Source: Octopus bimaculoides (taxonomy: Eukaryota). From it: DNA of 47,070 nt. The stretch is taken from contig NC_068981.1 of the NCBI RefSeq assembly GCF_001194135.2, positions 100,430,346 to 100,477,415 on the forward strand, read 5' to 3'. Of the stretch, positions 1-11,574 are shown one piece after another; within the stretch, counting starts at the first letter, position 1; every line of letters starts with the position of its first letter. The notes beneath the pieces were generated by a model. The model saw nothing but the letters and a program-made list of their open reading frames with translations, made no database searches and had not been told where the DNA came from. The translations under genes were made by a program, and so were the position numbers.

Positions 1-53
<53 letters not shown>
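1..53. repeat. (AT)n microsatellite
   Basis: Pure AT dinucleotide run at window start. Confidence 0.98.
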
Positions 54-56
<3 letters not shown>

Positions 57-429
57 TGAAGTACAAAGTATATCAAAATTGATGCTAAGAAACAGAATAC
101 ATATTTATATATTGGGTTGGGGTTTTTTCCTTTTGCTTTTTGGCTTTTATACTTAATATTTGCATTTAATTAAAATGATATTTTTACTGAATGATGTTGT
201 GACATTCATAATTTTAAAAATATAAACAACTGTAAAATTAAGAACATTCATTATGTAGTATATTCATAGAAATAATCATCATAGACTCTTTTGATGAATA
301 ATGGTGGCATATTTGCTTTTTAATTATCAAAGATAGAGTATCATCATGGAATTGAGAATAATAGAAATGGCATTTAATCAATACAGCAAAGATGGAAGAA
401 GTTCAATGAGCTGGAGGCATTGCATTTGG

Positions 430-690
430 TACGAAATGGAAATGAAGAGAGTGTAGATGAAGACGACAATGATGATGGTGATGATGATGGGGGAGGATGT
501 AGTGGCAGCAGCACCAACAGCAGTGGTCATCACAATGATGATGATGATGGGGATAAGAAAGAGGAAGAGGAGTATGACAAAGGCAATGAGGATGATGATA
601 ATGACTGCACAGGTTAGGAAGACGATCATCATTGATAATTATGGTCATTAGGTTATATGCATTCCCCTTATAACTGTAGTAGTAGTAGTT

Positions 691-722
<32 letters not shown>

Positions 723-740
723 TGTTGTTGTTGTTGTTAC
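430..740. repeat. Degenerate (GAT)n / (GTA)n / (GTT)n trinucleotide low-complexity tract
   Basis: gatgatgat-like runs 470-600, then (gta)n and (gtt)n 676-738. Confidence 0.85.
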
Positions 741-950
741 TGTCAATTAACCTATGTCAGCCCTAATTGAACAGACCTAAGATGAAAGCCATTTCAGCTT
801 TGACCATCAAATTTCTTTGTTTCGGGCACAGTCAATCTAGAGACTACCATTTCCAGTGTGTCCTCCCAATTCTTTTAAGACAGTAGAATGCGACTGAAAG
901 GAGACTTGGCTGTTATTCCTCTTGTGTCATACTACTATGTAGCGTCTCCC
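741..950. repeat. Unclassified interspersed repeat (family D)
   Basis: Related 'gacctatgatcaaaggcattccagc..gaccatc..tttaaggca..tatctag.gactac.ttat' sequence recurs at ~35840-36010 (inverted), ~37920-38000, ~39040-39260 and ~40370-40480. Confidence 0.55.
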
Positions 951-1254
951 TCGTTGGGTCACCATAAATGTTGTCACTAAAATCTAAACCAGTATTTCTC
1001 AATCATCTTGACTTTATGATGCAGAAGGTATCAAATGAAAGAACTATTGGTGCACTTTGCATCTTAACTTAAACATTTATATAAAAAAAAGTAGAGGACT
1101 ATTGTTTACCTTGTTCCACCACAAGGTTCAGTTCTTATGGCAGTGTGGTGGCTTATGTGCTGCATCAATGATCCTGAGAGCTATGCCAGCACAGCTCAAG
1201 CTCTTGATAGAGACTCCCATACTAGACCGGCCAAAGGATGGAGGCCAGACTAAT

Positions 1255-1475
1255 TGATATTGATTTCAAATTTTGGCACAAGGTCAGTAGTTTTGGGAGA
1301 GGGGCCAAGTTGATAAAATCAACCCCAGTGCTCAACTGGTACTTGCTTTATTGACCTTGAAAGGAGGAAAAGCAAAGACAACCTCAGCAGAATTTGAACT
1401 CAGATTGTAGAGACAGACAAAATGCCACTAAGCATCTTGCCTGACATCTTAATGATTCTACCGGCTCACTGCCTT
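1255..1475 (-). mobile_element. tRNA-derived SINE family B (MetaSINE-like central domain)
   Basis: Minus strand has B-box GAGTTCAAATTC and a 'gccttt-catcctttc-gggtcgataaa-agtacc'-type core; 13-bp TSD aggccagactaat at 1242-1254 and 1476-1488. Confidence 0.85.
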
Positions 1476-1511
1476 AGGCCAGACTAATATTTAGCATGTC
1501 AACAATAAATA

Positions 1512-1856
1512 GTGGAGGCGCAATGGCCCAGTGGTTAGGGCAGCAGACACACGGTCATAGGATCGCGGTTTCGATTCCTAGACCGGGCGTTGTGAGTGTT
1601 TATAGAGCAAATACACCTAAAGCTCCACGAGGCTCCGGTAGGGGATGGTGGCGAACCCTGCTGTACTCTTTCACCACAACTTTATCTCACTCTTTCTTCC
1701 TGTTTCTGTGTCGCGCTGAATATCCCCGAGAACTACATTAAGGGTACACGTGTCTGTGGAATGTTCAGCCACATGCACGTTAATTTCACGAGCAGGCTGT
1801 TCCGTTGATCGGATCTACTGGAACCCTCGACGACATAAGCAACGGAGTGCCAACAA
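1512..1856 (+). mobile_element. tRNA-derived SINE family C
   Basis: A-box tggcccagtggttagg, B-box-like ggtttcgattcc, (caa)n tail; 12-bp TSD caacaataaata at 1500-1511 and 1857-1868; near-identical copy at 39976-40339. Confidence 0.9.
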
Positions 1857-2310
1857 CAACAATAAATAATTACATCATTGAAATCTCAAAGCTACAAATA
1901 ATGCATGATTAATTCAAAAACAATGTGAATAACTAAGTATTGCATTTGATACAATGATCTGCATGCTAAAGGGTTATGTTGACCTTCAACAAGTAAGTTA
2001 TAGATGGGAGGAGAAAAATGAAGTAGAGAAGTATTTGGTAAATTGCTTAGTAAAAGATCAGGAGATATGTGATAGGTACAGAAGAGTTAAATACATAAAG
2101 TGTACTTTAAGAGTGTCCAGTCAGCATGTATTAACGTAGTCATTCATTATAAATGTAATAGTGACCAAGCGGGAATGATGAAAAGGTCAATTTCCGTAAT
2201 CTGTAGGTTTCATTTTATTATCTTAACAACACAAACTGTGGTAAGTAATCCAAAACTTGACTAATGTCTGGTGTTCTGAATTCTTGTGTGAAACACCTAA
2301 TGTGTTTATA

Positions 2311-2710
2311 TTACTCTTTTACTCTTTTACTTGTTTCAGTCATTTGACTGCAGCCATGCTGGAGCACCGCCTTTAGTCGAGCTAATCGACCCCAGGACTT
2401 ATTCTATCGGTCTCTTTTTGCCGAACCGCTAAGTTACGGGGACGTAAACACACCAGCATCGGTTGTCAAGCGATGGTGGGGGACAAAGACAGACACACAA
2501 ACACACATANNNNNNNNNNATATATATATATATATATACATATATACGACGGGCTTTTTTCAGTTTCCGTCTACCAAATCCACTCACAAGGCTTTGGTCG
2601 GCCCGAGGCTATAGTAGAAGACACTTGCCCAAGGTGCCACGCAGTGGGACTGAACCCGGAACCATGTGGTTGGTAAGCAAGCTACTTACCACACAACCAC
2701 TCCTGCGCCT
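2311..2710 (-). mobile_element. tRNA-derived SINE family A, young copy (10-N gap at 2510-2519)
   Basis: Minus strand: tRNA-like head gtggtaagtagcttgcttaccaaccacatggttccgggttcagtccc, central (TA/TG)n, (aaagagt)n tail; many CpGs retained. Confidence 0.92.
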
Positions 2711-2829
2711 ATTGGTTACTTTTTACCAATATGTGGCATCTTTGATGCTAAGGTAGAAGAACCTTAACAACAAACAAACAAATTTACACTTAAGTTTCTG
2801 ACTTACCTTATTTCTGTTGTTGAACTGTG

Positions 2830-3165
2830 GTCCTTTTGGGGCATCACTTTGAAACAAATCAACCCCACTATTTATTTTTCTTTTTTAAAGCATGGTACTT
2901 ATTCTGTCTTTTTGACAAACTACTCAGTTACAGGGACATAAACAAACGGACACCTAATGTCAAGCAGTGGCAGGAACAAAGACACACACTCTTAGATATA
3001 TATATATATCAGGCTTCTTTCAGTTTTTGACTACCAAATCCACTCACATGGCTTTGGTCAACCCAAGGTTATAGTAAAAGACATTTGTCCAAGATGCCAT
3101 GTAGTGGGACTGAACCCAAGACCATATGGTTGAGATGCAAGCTTCTTACCCATACATCCACACCA
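2830..3165 (-). mobile_element. SINE family A, older copy
   Basis: Aligns by eye to 2311-2710 with CpG decay. Confidence 0.8.
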
Positions 3166-4263
3166 TCACATTATGTGACATAATTCAATATACTGTAGTT
3201 AGAGTTTTCATGCCATTTATTATAAGACAAGCAAAAATAGATTCAACAACACAAGCACACTCAATGAAGAATTTAAGTATTCAGTTGCAGAATACTTTCA
3301 AGCTCCTCTTCATCATAACCATTTTCAAAGTCTTCAGAAATTCAGCGACTCATATTCCTAAGGGTTAATTTATTCAGCCAACATAATTTTAGTTTAATGT
3401 CTGCTGGAGGAATCTAAATATCAGAAGGTAAGTGAAATCAAGGATCCTGAAAGGGAACAGGTGTAGGACAAACCTGTTCTGTCAACTTAAATCTATTCTG
3501 CAATATCTTTGTTGTTAGAGCTTCATAAATCATCTTACATTAAGACAATTATCATTTTCTGTGGGAATAAAGTAGGCAAAAAGTCGACATTGCATAGACA
3601 GTTCAAGTAATGGCCATAAAATTTTGCATTTCACATAATCTGACCAGAATTCAACTGTCAGATTCTTTACAGTTGTATAGCCAACAATATGAGCATCCAA
3701 AGATGGTATTAAGTAGATCTTATTTGTTACATATTTTAATCTGTGTTGGGGTTTTGGATGGAAACAATGCTAGTATAGTGTACAGAGTGGAATCAGCATA
3801 AAGAATTATAGAACTATCACTTCTGCTGAGTGTAATAGCATTGCTTTAGTTTACAAAGTGTAAAATATGCTTCCTTGATGAATTGGAACTATGCTGTTGT
3901 GACATACAGTGTGTCTTGGACAATTTCTTTTACACCCCTCTCCCCAGGTCAGACCACAGTCAATTTATTCAAGAAAGAGAGACAGAGACAGACAGAAAGA
4001 AAGTTTGAGAGAAAAAGAACTGGCCCCAAAAGAATGAAAGTTGAAGTTGATCTCAAAACAATTGTCACAAAGCACTCAACCTGATGCTTGAATGATTTTA
4101 TTGACAACCTTATATGATGCATTATATATAAGATGTCCAATATCAAAATTGTAATGTCACATACCAAGGAAACCAAGGAAGGAAAGATATAACTACAACT
4201 ATTGAAGGGTTACAGAGATGTTTTACTCCATGTGCAACACTGAAATAAATTTGAGCTGATTAA

Positions 4264-4484
4264 CCCTTTTGTTACTATACTTCTGCTGAAACACAGCCTT
4301 TATTTCAATTAATTTTGAAAATGATAAAGAATTTAGTAAATTAACTTCGTTCTTGTTAAGCTGGTGTTTGAAACATAAATCAACATGGTATTTTGGTGAA
4401 AAGTTTTAAATTTAGATCACTTTAAAACAGAGAATTAGTATTAGAGAACCAAGGGTAATTTCAGGCCAGTTGATATCAAAAGGG
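4264..4484. mobile_element. piggyBac-type MITE (221 bp, non-autonomous)
   Basis: TTAA (4260-4263) then CCCTTTTGTTAC; right end GATATCAAAAGGG (reverse complement CCCTTTTGATATC) then TGAA (degenerate TTAA). Confidence 0.75.
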
Positions 4485-5479
4485 TGAAGATGTTAATAAT
4501 AGATATTAAAAGATATAGGTTGATTAATAAATGTTAGTTGAAAAGAAGAGCAGCATCATAAGTCAAGAAAGAGTCAAGAGTTTATATTCAGAAAGTTTTA
4601 TAACATTAATGTCTATACAAAAGTAAGATATTATATGATATTGAAAGTTTTTCATGAGAATTAATGATATGCATGAACAGAAAATTGAAAAGGTGATGTA
4701 GACTTTGCTCTCCCAGAACATACTAATAATGTGTCTGGTAACATATAAATACTGAATTTTGTAACACACTATCATCAAGTCTTGTATATACCAAATAAGA
4801 AATAAGTTAATATACTGCACCAATAAAAGTGATTTTAGATGGAAACATCTGCATAGAAAATTCCCATATTAATATTGGAAGTTAATGCAAAACATTCACA
4901 GTAAATAGAGTGAAACAAGCTGGTGTATTTAATGTTTCAGTGTTAACTAACAAGAAATGTCAAGTGAGAAGATGAGAAAGTAATAGCCCATCAAAGGGAT
5001 GAGCTGATGTATACAAATCAAAGACTTATGTTAGTTTGGATAATCAATAGATGAAGTATGCTGGGTAAAAAAAGGGAGCCATTAGCAATGGAAGACATCC
5101 ATTGTAGAGAGCAACCAAGGATATTTCAGATGAAATTTGTAATACAGGTATGTGAACAGTGTGCCTCACAGAATAGACTAAATGATAGGATCTAGATTAG
5201 CATTTCTCAAAGGGTTGCAGTAACACTCTCTTTGAGATGATGTTACAGATAACTGGTGGGGAAAATGCCAAAAGTAGTTCACTTGTTTCACACATTTTAA
5301 ATGTAATGTGGGCATTAAATATTAATAGTTATACAAAATCAAAAGAGGTTGTTTGAGTGAAATCAATTATGAACCACTGATTTAGATGAAGGGAGAGATG
5401 CTGTATTTTGGACTTTTTCTTTTCTTACTTGCTGACTCAGGAGGAAGGGGCAGTAGCTATGACTTTGCAGGCCTTTTAA

Positions 5480-5945
5480 GACTAGTGAGCTTAATGTTCT
5501 ATTTAAACTGTTACATGTCAACACCTGCGAGACAGATGTGACTAGAAGAAGATTCTAGAGAGCCAGTGTTCTGGAGAGGAACAACTGGAAATAGTGGTTA
5601 GTGTGGCCATGGATAATAGTAGACAAAACAAAGGTGACAAGAGGTGAAGAGATGAGAGGTAAATTTGGGAGTATCTAAATGATGGAGGTCTGAGACAGCC
5701 AGGTCCAAGGAACAGAGGACATTATAGTATCAACAGAAAAGACAGAAAGAAGAAACAATAAGACTAGAAACCAGAGGCTGGAGCATGCCAGTTAGCTAAG
5801 TGGTCTTTCTCTGAATGCTAATTGGATATCTGTGTGTGTAGCAGAAGTACTGTCCCAGAGGAACAATACTTCATAGTGAGCTTCATTTGAGCTTTGTAAA
5901 GCATCATCAGTTGTTGGGATATTAATATTTTCTAGCCTTGAAAGG
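5480..5945 (-). mobile_element. CR1/Jockey-like LINE ORF2 C-terminal remnant
   Basis: Minus-strand translation with frameshifts: FKARKY..QQLMMLYKAQMKLTMKYCS-WDSTSATHT..IQRK, typical of the LYKAQ(V/I)RP.MEYCS..W motif at LINE RT C-termini. Confidence 0.7.
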
Positions 5946-7119
5946 AGCTAATTTTTGTGATGTGGTCCTAGCTGGAAGAAAATGAATATAAAAATGATAA
6001 TGATGATGATGATGACAAGTATAGTTACAACAATGAGAATGGTGGTCATGCTGGTGGTGATGATGATGATATTAAATTGTTTAATGCTATGGCCTAACAG
6101 AGAAAATATTTTCATTTGAACAGGGAAGAAGACAGGCACATAAAACAGTTTGAAAGGAAACAATATAAAAATATCAAATAATAAATCTGGTTGATATAAT
6201 ATCCTCCAATAACAACAAAGAAAACTTTGAAGAAAGAAAAAATTTTAGATTTTTAAAAATTGAACAAGAAAAAATACAGTAATAAATAATATCTGATAAG
6301 AAATTTGAAAAGCAGCATTTACCTTGTTTACAAAAGGTTCCACTAAACAAAACAAAAGGTTCCTCTAAACATAAAGTTTAAATTTCATCACTTCTTAAAT
6401 TTTATGTTGGAACAGTGTTCAATGGTATTATATGTCTTTTCAAAAACAATTATCTTTCTTCTCAAATATTAATTTTTTAAGTATGAGTGAGTATGATGTA
6501 TGTATATATGAGCGTTTGTTTATGTATAATTCGTGTGCTTACTGTGTGTATGTGTATCTTATTTTTGTTTGTTTTTTTTCAATGCTAATTATTCTATCCT
6601 CCAGTAGCTAGCTGATGGAGCATGCGTAATTGTGGAAGTCAAGCAAAGTGACAAAACATGACAATGAATTACTCGTAGCTATTTGGTCCATAGCAAATCA
6701 ATAGGCTCTCATCTCCATAGCAGTGTATATCAACAAAATGCAACAATACCTAAATGATCTGCAATTGTTCAGGTCTCATGACATAATACTAGTATTTCTT
6801 TCATAAAATGGCCGGCACTTATTATTTTCCTACAATTTCTTTCATTTACATTTAAAGGATGATATCAACAGATGTTTTAGTTTTCTGTCTCTAATGGTTA
6901 CTAAGCAATATCTCCTAAAATATAATGGATCTAAGTTTTGTGTTGTTATTTTTTTAATCTTTGTAAGATATAATAAGAAAACAAGAATAGGTTAAAAAGC
7001 AAAAGTAAGTAAACAATTCTGTAATAAGGCCAATATAATCTCTTGTTTAATTAGCTTAATTGTTAATTGAAGGGATGGCTTTTAATACTTGTTAATATCC
7101 ATATTAATTTATTTTTACA

Positions 7120-7290
7120 ATGGTCAAGGTCAGTGTATAAAAGTAAAGAGTACAGCCAATTAAATATATATCTGGTACTCAATTTATCAAGCCTGGAGGT
7201 TGAAAGATGTTATTCAATTCAGAAGGACTTGAACTCAGAACATAGAAGATGTGACTAAATATTGTAAAGCATTTTGTCTGATGCTGAATA
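7120..7290 (-). mobile_element. SINE family B, degenerate
   Basis: ctggtactcaatttatcaagcctggaggttgaaag..gaacttgaactcagaac matches family B. Confidence 0.6.
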
Positions 7291-7359
7291 AATCAAATGT
7301 TTAGTTAATGAATTATCAGTATTATTTTATTTGCCTTAAAGCAATAAACTGACAGAATC

Positions 7360-7550
7360 ATTAGTGCAACAGGAAAAATGCTTAGTGGCATTTCTTCCAG
7401 CTCTTTACATTCTGAGTTCAAATGCTGCAGAAATCAACTTTGCCATTCATCCTTTCAAACTTGATAAAATAAAATACCAGTAAAGTATTGGTGGGCTGAG
7501 GGAACAATGGTATCCCTTCTTGTTAGCCTTGTGTCAAAACTTGAAGGAAT
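7360..7550 (+). mobile_element. SINE family B, degenerate, plus strand
   Basis: ttctgagttcaaatgctgcagaaatcaactttgccattcatcctttc..gataaaataaaataccag. Confidence 0.7.
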
Positions 7551-7611
7551 TATTTTGTTTGCTATCATTTGTGATCAAGAGTTATGCTTTTAACACAGAT
7601 TAAGATTGATG

Positions 7612-7890
7612 ACATAATCAAAATCAATGCAATGAAACAAGTTCAAGTGTTATGCTCTCGACAACCTTAACTATTGGATAAAATAGAAAACATAATCAAC
7701 ATCTTTAGCATATTGAAACTTGTTTATAAGTTACCCTTTTAACACCCTAAACAACATGACCAAGTAGAAGACATAAACAAAACCTTCAACATAATGAAAC
7801 AAGTTCATGTGTTATGCTTTCTAAAACCTTAACTATGGAACAAAGCAAAATACATAATCAAAACCTTTGACATAATGAAACAATGTTATT
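7612..7890. repeat. Degenerate ~80-bp tandem repeat
   Basis: Unit acataatcaaaacc..cataatgaaacaagttca.gtgttatgct..aaccttaactat at ~7612, ~7770 and partially ~7851. Confidence 0.75.
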
Positions 7891-8679
7891 AAGAACAATA
7901 AATTTATGCATCAAAATACAAGTAAAAACATTTCTATGGCTTAATTAGTTATATATTTAAGATATTGACATTTTAAGAAAATATATATTGCATTATGTTT
8001 GGCTGTTACAATAAACTATTAAAATGTTGTAGACATGGTCATAAGTTCAGAGAGGACAATTAATCTGTGATACCCTTAGGCAAAATACATGTCACCTGGC
8101 TAATAAACAAATTCCACTCTTACCACTTGGTTAGGTGGATTAGCATAGGAAAGGTATTCATCTGTAAAAATAATTACACAAAACCAGCATGATAAAATTA
8201 ACACAAACAGCAATAGAAAATTGAACAGAGATGAAATATTAATATTTCTTCAAAGAAATTCATTTTACTTGGTTTCTATGGTAACGGAAACCTGGTAATT
8301 CATAACCATGTAAGTATTCTTTAATTGATCTCTGCTGCTTTTCTCTGCGTTTATTTTAATATGAGATTAATGAATTTTAAATATATACATACATTTTTTA
8401 GAAATATATTTCAGTATAGATATTTATTTTATATTAACATAAGCTCTGGTTCAATTTCTGGTCATACCAATTTTATTTATTCTGATAATGCATTTAGAAA
8501 AGACACAAATCATCTGGCCCATGTTGTTACTAGTTGATAGATAGAACAGAGCATAAAATGTCAAAAACATTTTTAAGGCTTAGCCAGGAAAACAAGCTGA
8601 ATGTATGATTTTTCTGGGACCTCTGACACTGGTAAGATTAATGCAGTTTATATGCAGCTTAATTATATGTAAGCTGACA

Positions 8680-9080
8680 TCTCTAGAGAAAACAAGGGAA
8701 TTCTATAGAGTTGGTGTCAACTGGAGGAAGGTTAACAGTAGCAGGTAGATTTCTTGAACTAAGGAAAGGATATTTCAACCCAGAATAACTGGAAACATTG
8801 TTGCTAATATCCAGGTGAAAGAGGTAAGAGAGGGAAAGAGTGGAGTCTGTATATGTGTATATATCACCTTTCAGAGTAAAGTTGGAATATAATGAATGGG
8901 CTGGACTGCAGAGATGGGCTAGAAATAACAGATGAGACATTTGTATCTCAGGAACAGAATGTGTAACTTGCACATTAGTAAGAGGTGGTAAGAATCCAGG
9001 TTTTACTGAATTTCACAACTGTTTATAATGAGAAAGGAGAATTGTCTGAGCTACATATCAATTTTCTTTAGTTTTAATGC
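8680..9080 (-). mobile_element. CR1/Jockey-like LINE 3' remnant
   Basis: ORF 8683-8973 ends ..RNLPATVNLPPVDTNSIE, like the '..VFPATVNLQ.FK..IN' LINE C-terminus; same family as 5480-5945 and 22040-22385. Confidence 0.55.
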
Positions 9081-10451
9081 TCACACCACTCATATAGTAA
9101 ATTTGATTAGGAGGAGAAAGAATAAAACCCCAACTCACGAGTTGTTGCCAACCACAATGCTGATTCTTGTAACTCAGCTAGGTATTGGTGGCCTTGGGTA
9201 GATCTCTCAAAATTATATATGTTATCATGTGCACTAATCACAAACTGGGAAGAAAGGAATACGCAATTATGTTAGTTAGAGCTGTTTCCCAAAGTATTAC
9301 CTACAAACCAGGCCCCTGTTTTAAATGATGGTAGAGCTCTGTGGAGAACTCTTTTTTTCCAGTATCTTTTGTGTGGGAATTGCTGTGGGAATTGGATCAT
9401 GAACTGATCTTATATTCTCTAGCTACAAGCATGGTTCATGTACTTACAATGCAGTGGACCCTGATGAAAACTCAGGTCATGGAAGGGAACCAGATATTAT
9501 TGCATTGTGCCTAACAATCCTAAAAAAAAAAGTATAGTATTTTATTGGAACATCAACACTACAGATATTGTCTTATTAGACTCAGAACTAATTTAATCTT
9601 GGATTAATCATTTATAATTCAGAGTGACTAAGGTTACTTGAGGGTTGCCTTTAGGGATTGTAACCATAGAAACCACATCCATAGCCAGATTTATAGGAAA
9701 GCAAGAGAGGAAATTGTCCCAAGCATCCCCAATACCCAGATCCCTTGCCATGGGTGGTGGGCTCACTATATCAGGAGGCTCCCTTTCCTGCAATCTTGCA
9801 GGAAGAGGCCTTCCCCAGTATACAGACATATATTCCCTTCTTAAAAAATGTACTGGATGTCTCTTTCATGATTAAAACCATTATTTCTCCACATTTGTGA
9901 CACCAGTTTACTCAGTCCAAAAGCAGCAAATTCTCTTAGGAAATAGCAAAATGACAGAGAAAAGAAAAACAAAAAATTGCGATAAACAAAAACCAGAAAC
10001 ACTTCAGAAAAAGATTCAGTACTTATTATAAAGTAAGTTAATATATAAAGTTAGACAAACAGACAGATAGACAAATTTATTGTCTCCTATTCAAATTCCC
10101 TTAAGTCATTTTTTTTCTGCTTGACATAGCAATGACTACCAGCTTCAGGAGTTTGCAACTGTGACTAAACACACAGTCACATGTACATACATATATTGTC
10201 GCTCCTAAGCATCATTATTCCCAGTTTGACATTGAGGTCTTTTGGTAGACTGGTCTTATTGACAAGAACAAGGTAAGATGTAAACAAAAAAAAAATCAGT
10301 TAACAATGTCAAAATAAATATATCAATTGAAAAGTTATCACTAACAGTAACACATGTTAATACTCACTTCCCTCATAAAATTTATTTGGATCATTGCATC
10401 TTCATTAGCTAATTTTGATTAACAAAAGTTAGAGTTGTAAGCTCAAATATT

Positions 10452-10610
10452 CTTTTCTACTCTAGGTACAAGGCCTGAAATTTTGGAGGAGGGGGCCAGT
10501 TGATTAGGTCAACCCCAGTATGCAACTGGTACCTAATTTATTGACCCAGAAAAGATGAAAGGCAAAGCCAACCTCAGCGGAATTTGAACTCAGAACATAA
10601 AGACAGACTA
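10452..10610 (-). mobile_element. SINE family B (5'-truncated) nested in the hAT
   Basis: 14-bp TSD taagctcaaatatt at 10438-10451 and 10611-10624. Confidence 0.88.
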
Positions 10611-11220
10611 TAAGCTCAAATATTGTCACAAGATTGTTTAAAGTTTAGAGATCTTTCAAATAAATAATTCCTTTTCAAATTATTATTTTTTCCAAATACT
10701 TTTAATGCACTTCTTCATTTCAAGTGAGACATAATTCTGAAGAAAAGTGATTTTATGAAAACAAAATCCTCAATCTATAATCCTCAATTTGCTGTTAATC
10801 ACTTGAACTCTTTTCTATTTCCATTTGATTAACTTTAGCAACAGACGCAGTTATCTGCCCCATACATAAGAGTAACAGATGTATGTGTAAACTGCCTGGC
10901 TGGTTAAACAAAGTGAGTCTACATAGCAGTTATCAGTTCCTGTTACACAGAATATCCAGTATGTTATGGAAAATTCAGCTTCTCAGAAGAATAAAATTTC
11001 AAAGAAAGATGCGAAAATAATGCTGCTGTACTGACAAAGAAACAATGCCTCACAAAACTTTTCTTTGCTTCAGAAAAGGGAAACTTAAAAGCTAATGATG
11101 AAGAATTAGTACTAGACGTTCCATTTGAGAAACTAGCTACACTCCTAAGTACATCTGCAGAAAACAGGAAGAACATATCAGTTCAAAACATCGAAGATGA
11201 TGTATCACTACATCTTATTG

Positions 11221-11538
11221 GACTGGAACTCTGTAGATTACAACAAGTGTTCCAATTGATTTGATTAAAGGAACAACCTATTCATGAAATTAATGTGCAA
11301 GTGACTGAACACTCCACAAACACATGTACCCTGAATGTAGTTTTCAGGAACATTCAGCATGACACAGTGGGATAAGGCTAACCCTTTGAATTACTGGTAC
11401 AACTGACTTTTGGTAACTGAATGGACTGGAACAATGCAAAATATAGTGTCTAGCTCAAGTACACAATGCGCTGCTGGGAATCAAACTCATAACCTCATGA
11501 TTGTGATCTAAATACCCTAACCATTAAACCACATACCT
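11221..11538 (-). mobile_element. SINE family C (old) nested in the hAT
   Basis: Reverse complement aligns to 1512-1856/39976-40339; 16-bp TSD tcactacatc(t/c)tattg at 11205-11220 and 11539-11554. Confidence 0.8.
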
Positions 11539-11574
11539 TCACTACATCCTATTGATATGGATAATGAAGAACTA

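Noticed and set aside
387-617. Acidic ORF (DEDDNDDGDDD..) bounded by AG and GT as a possible exon
   Set aside because: Explained by decayed (GAT)n repeats; no polypyrimidine tract before the AG and no recognisable domain.
1512-1600. tRNA genes at SINE heads (also 2640-2710, 33808-33870, 39976-40030)
   Set aside because: A/B boxes are present but there is no acceptor-stem closure, and each continues into a SINE body.
4900-5300. Possible further minus-strand LINE RT relic
   Set aside because: Only a faint resemblance by eye; no motif could be read confidently.
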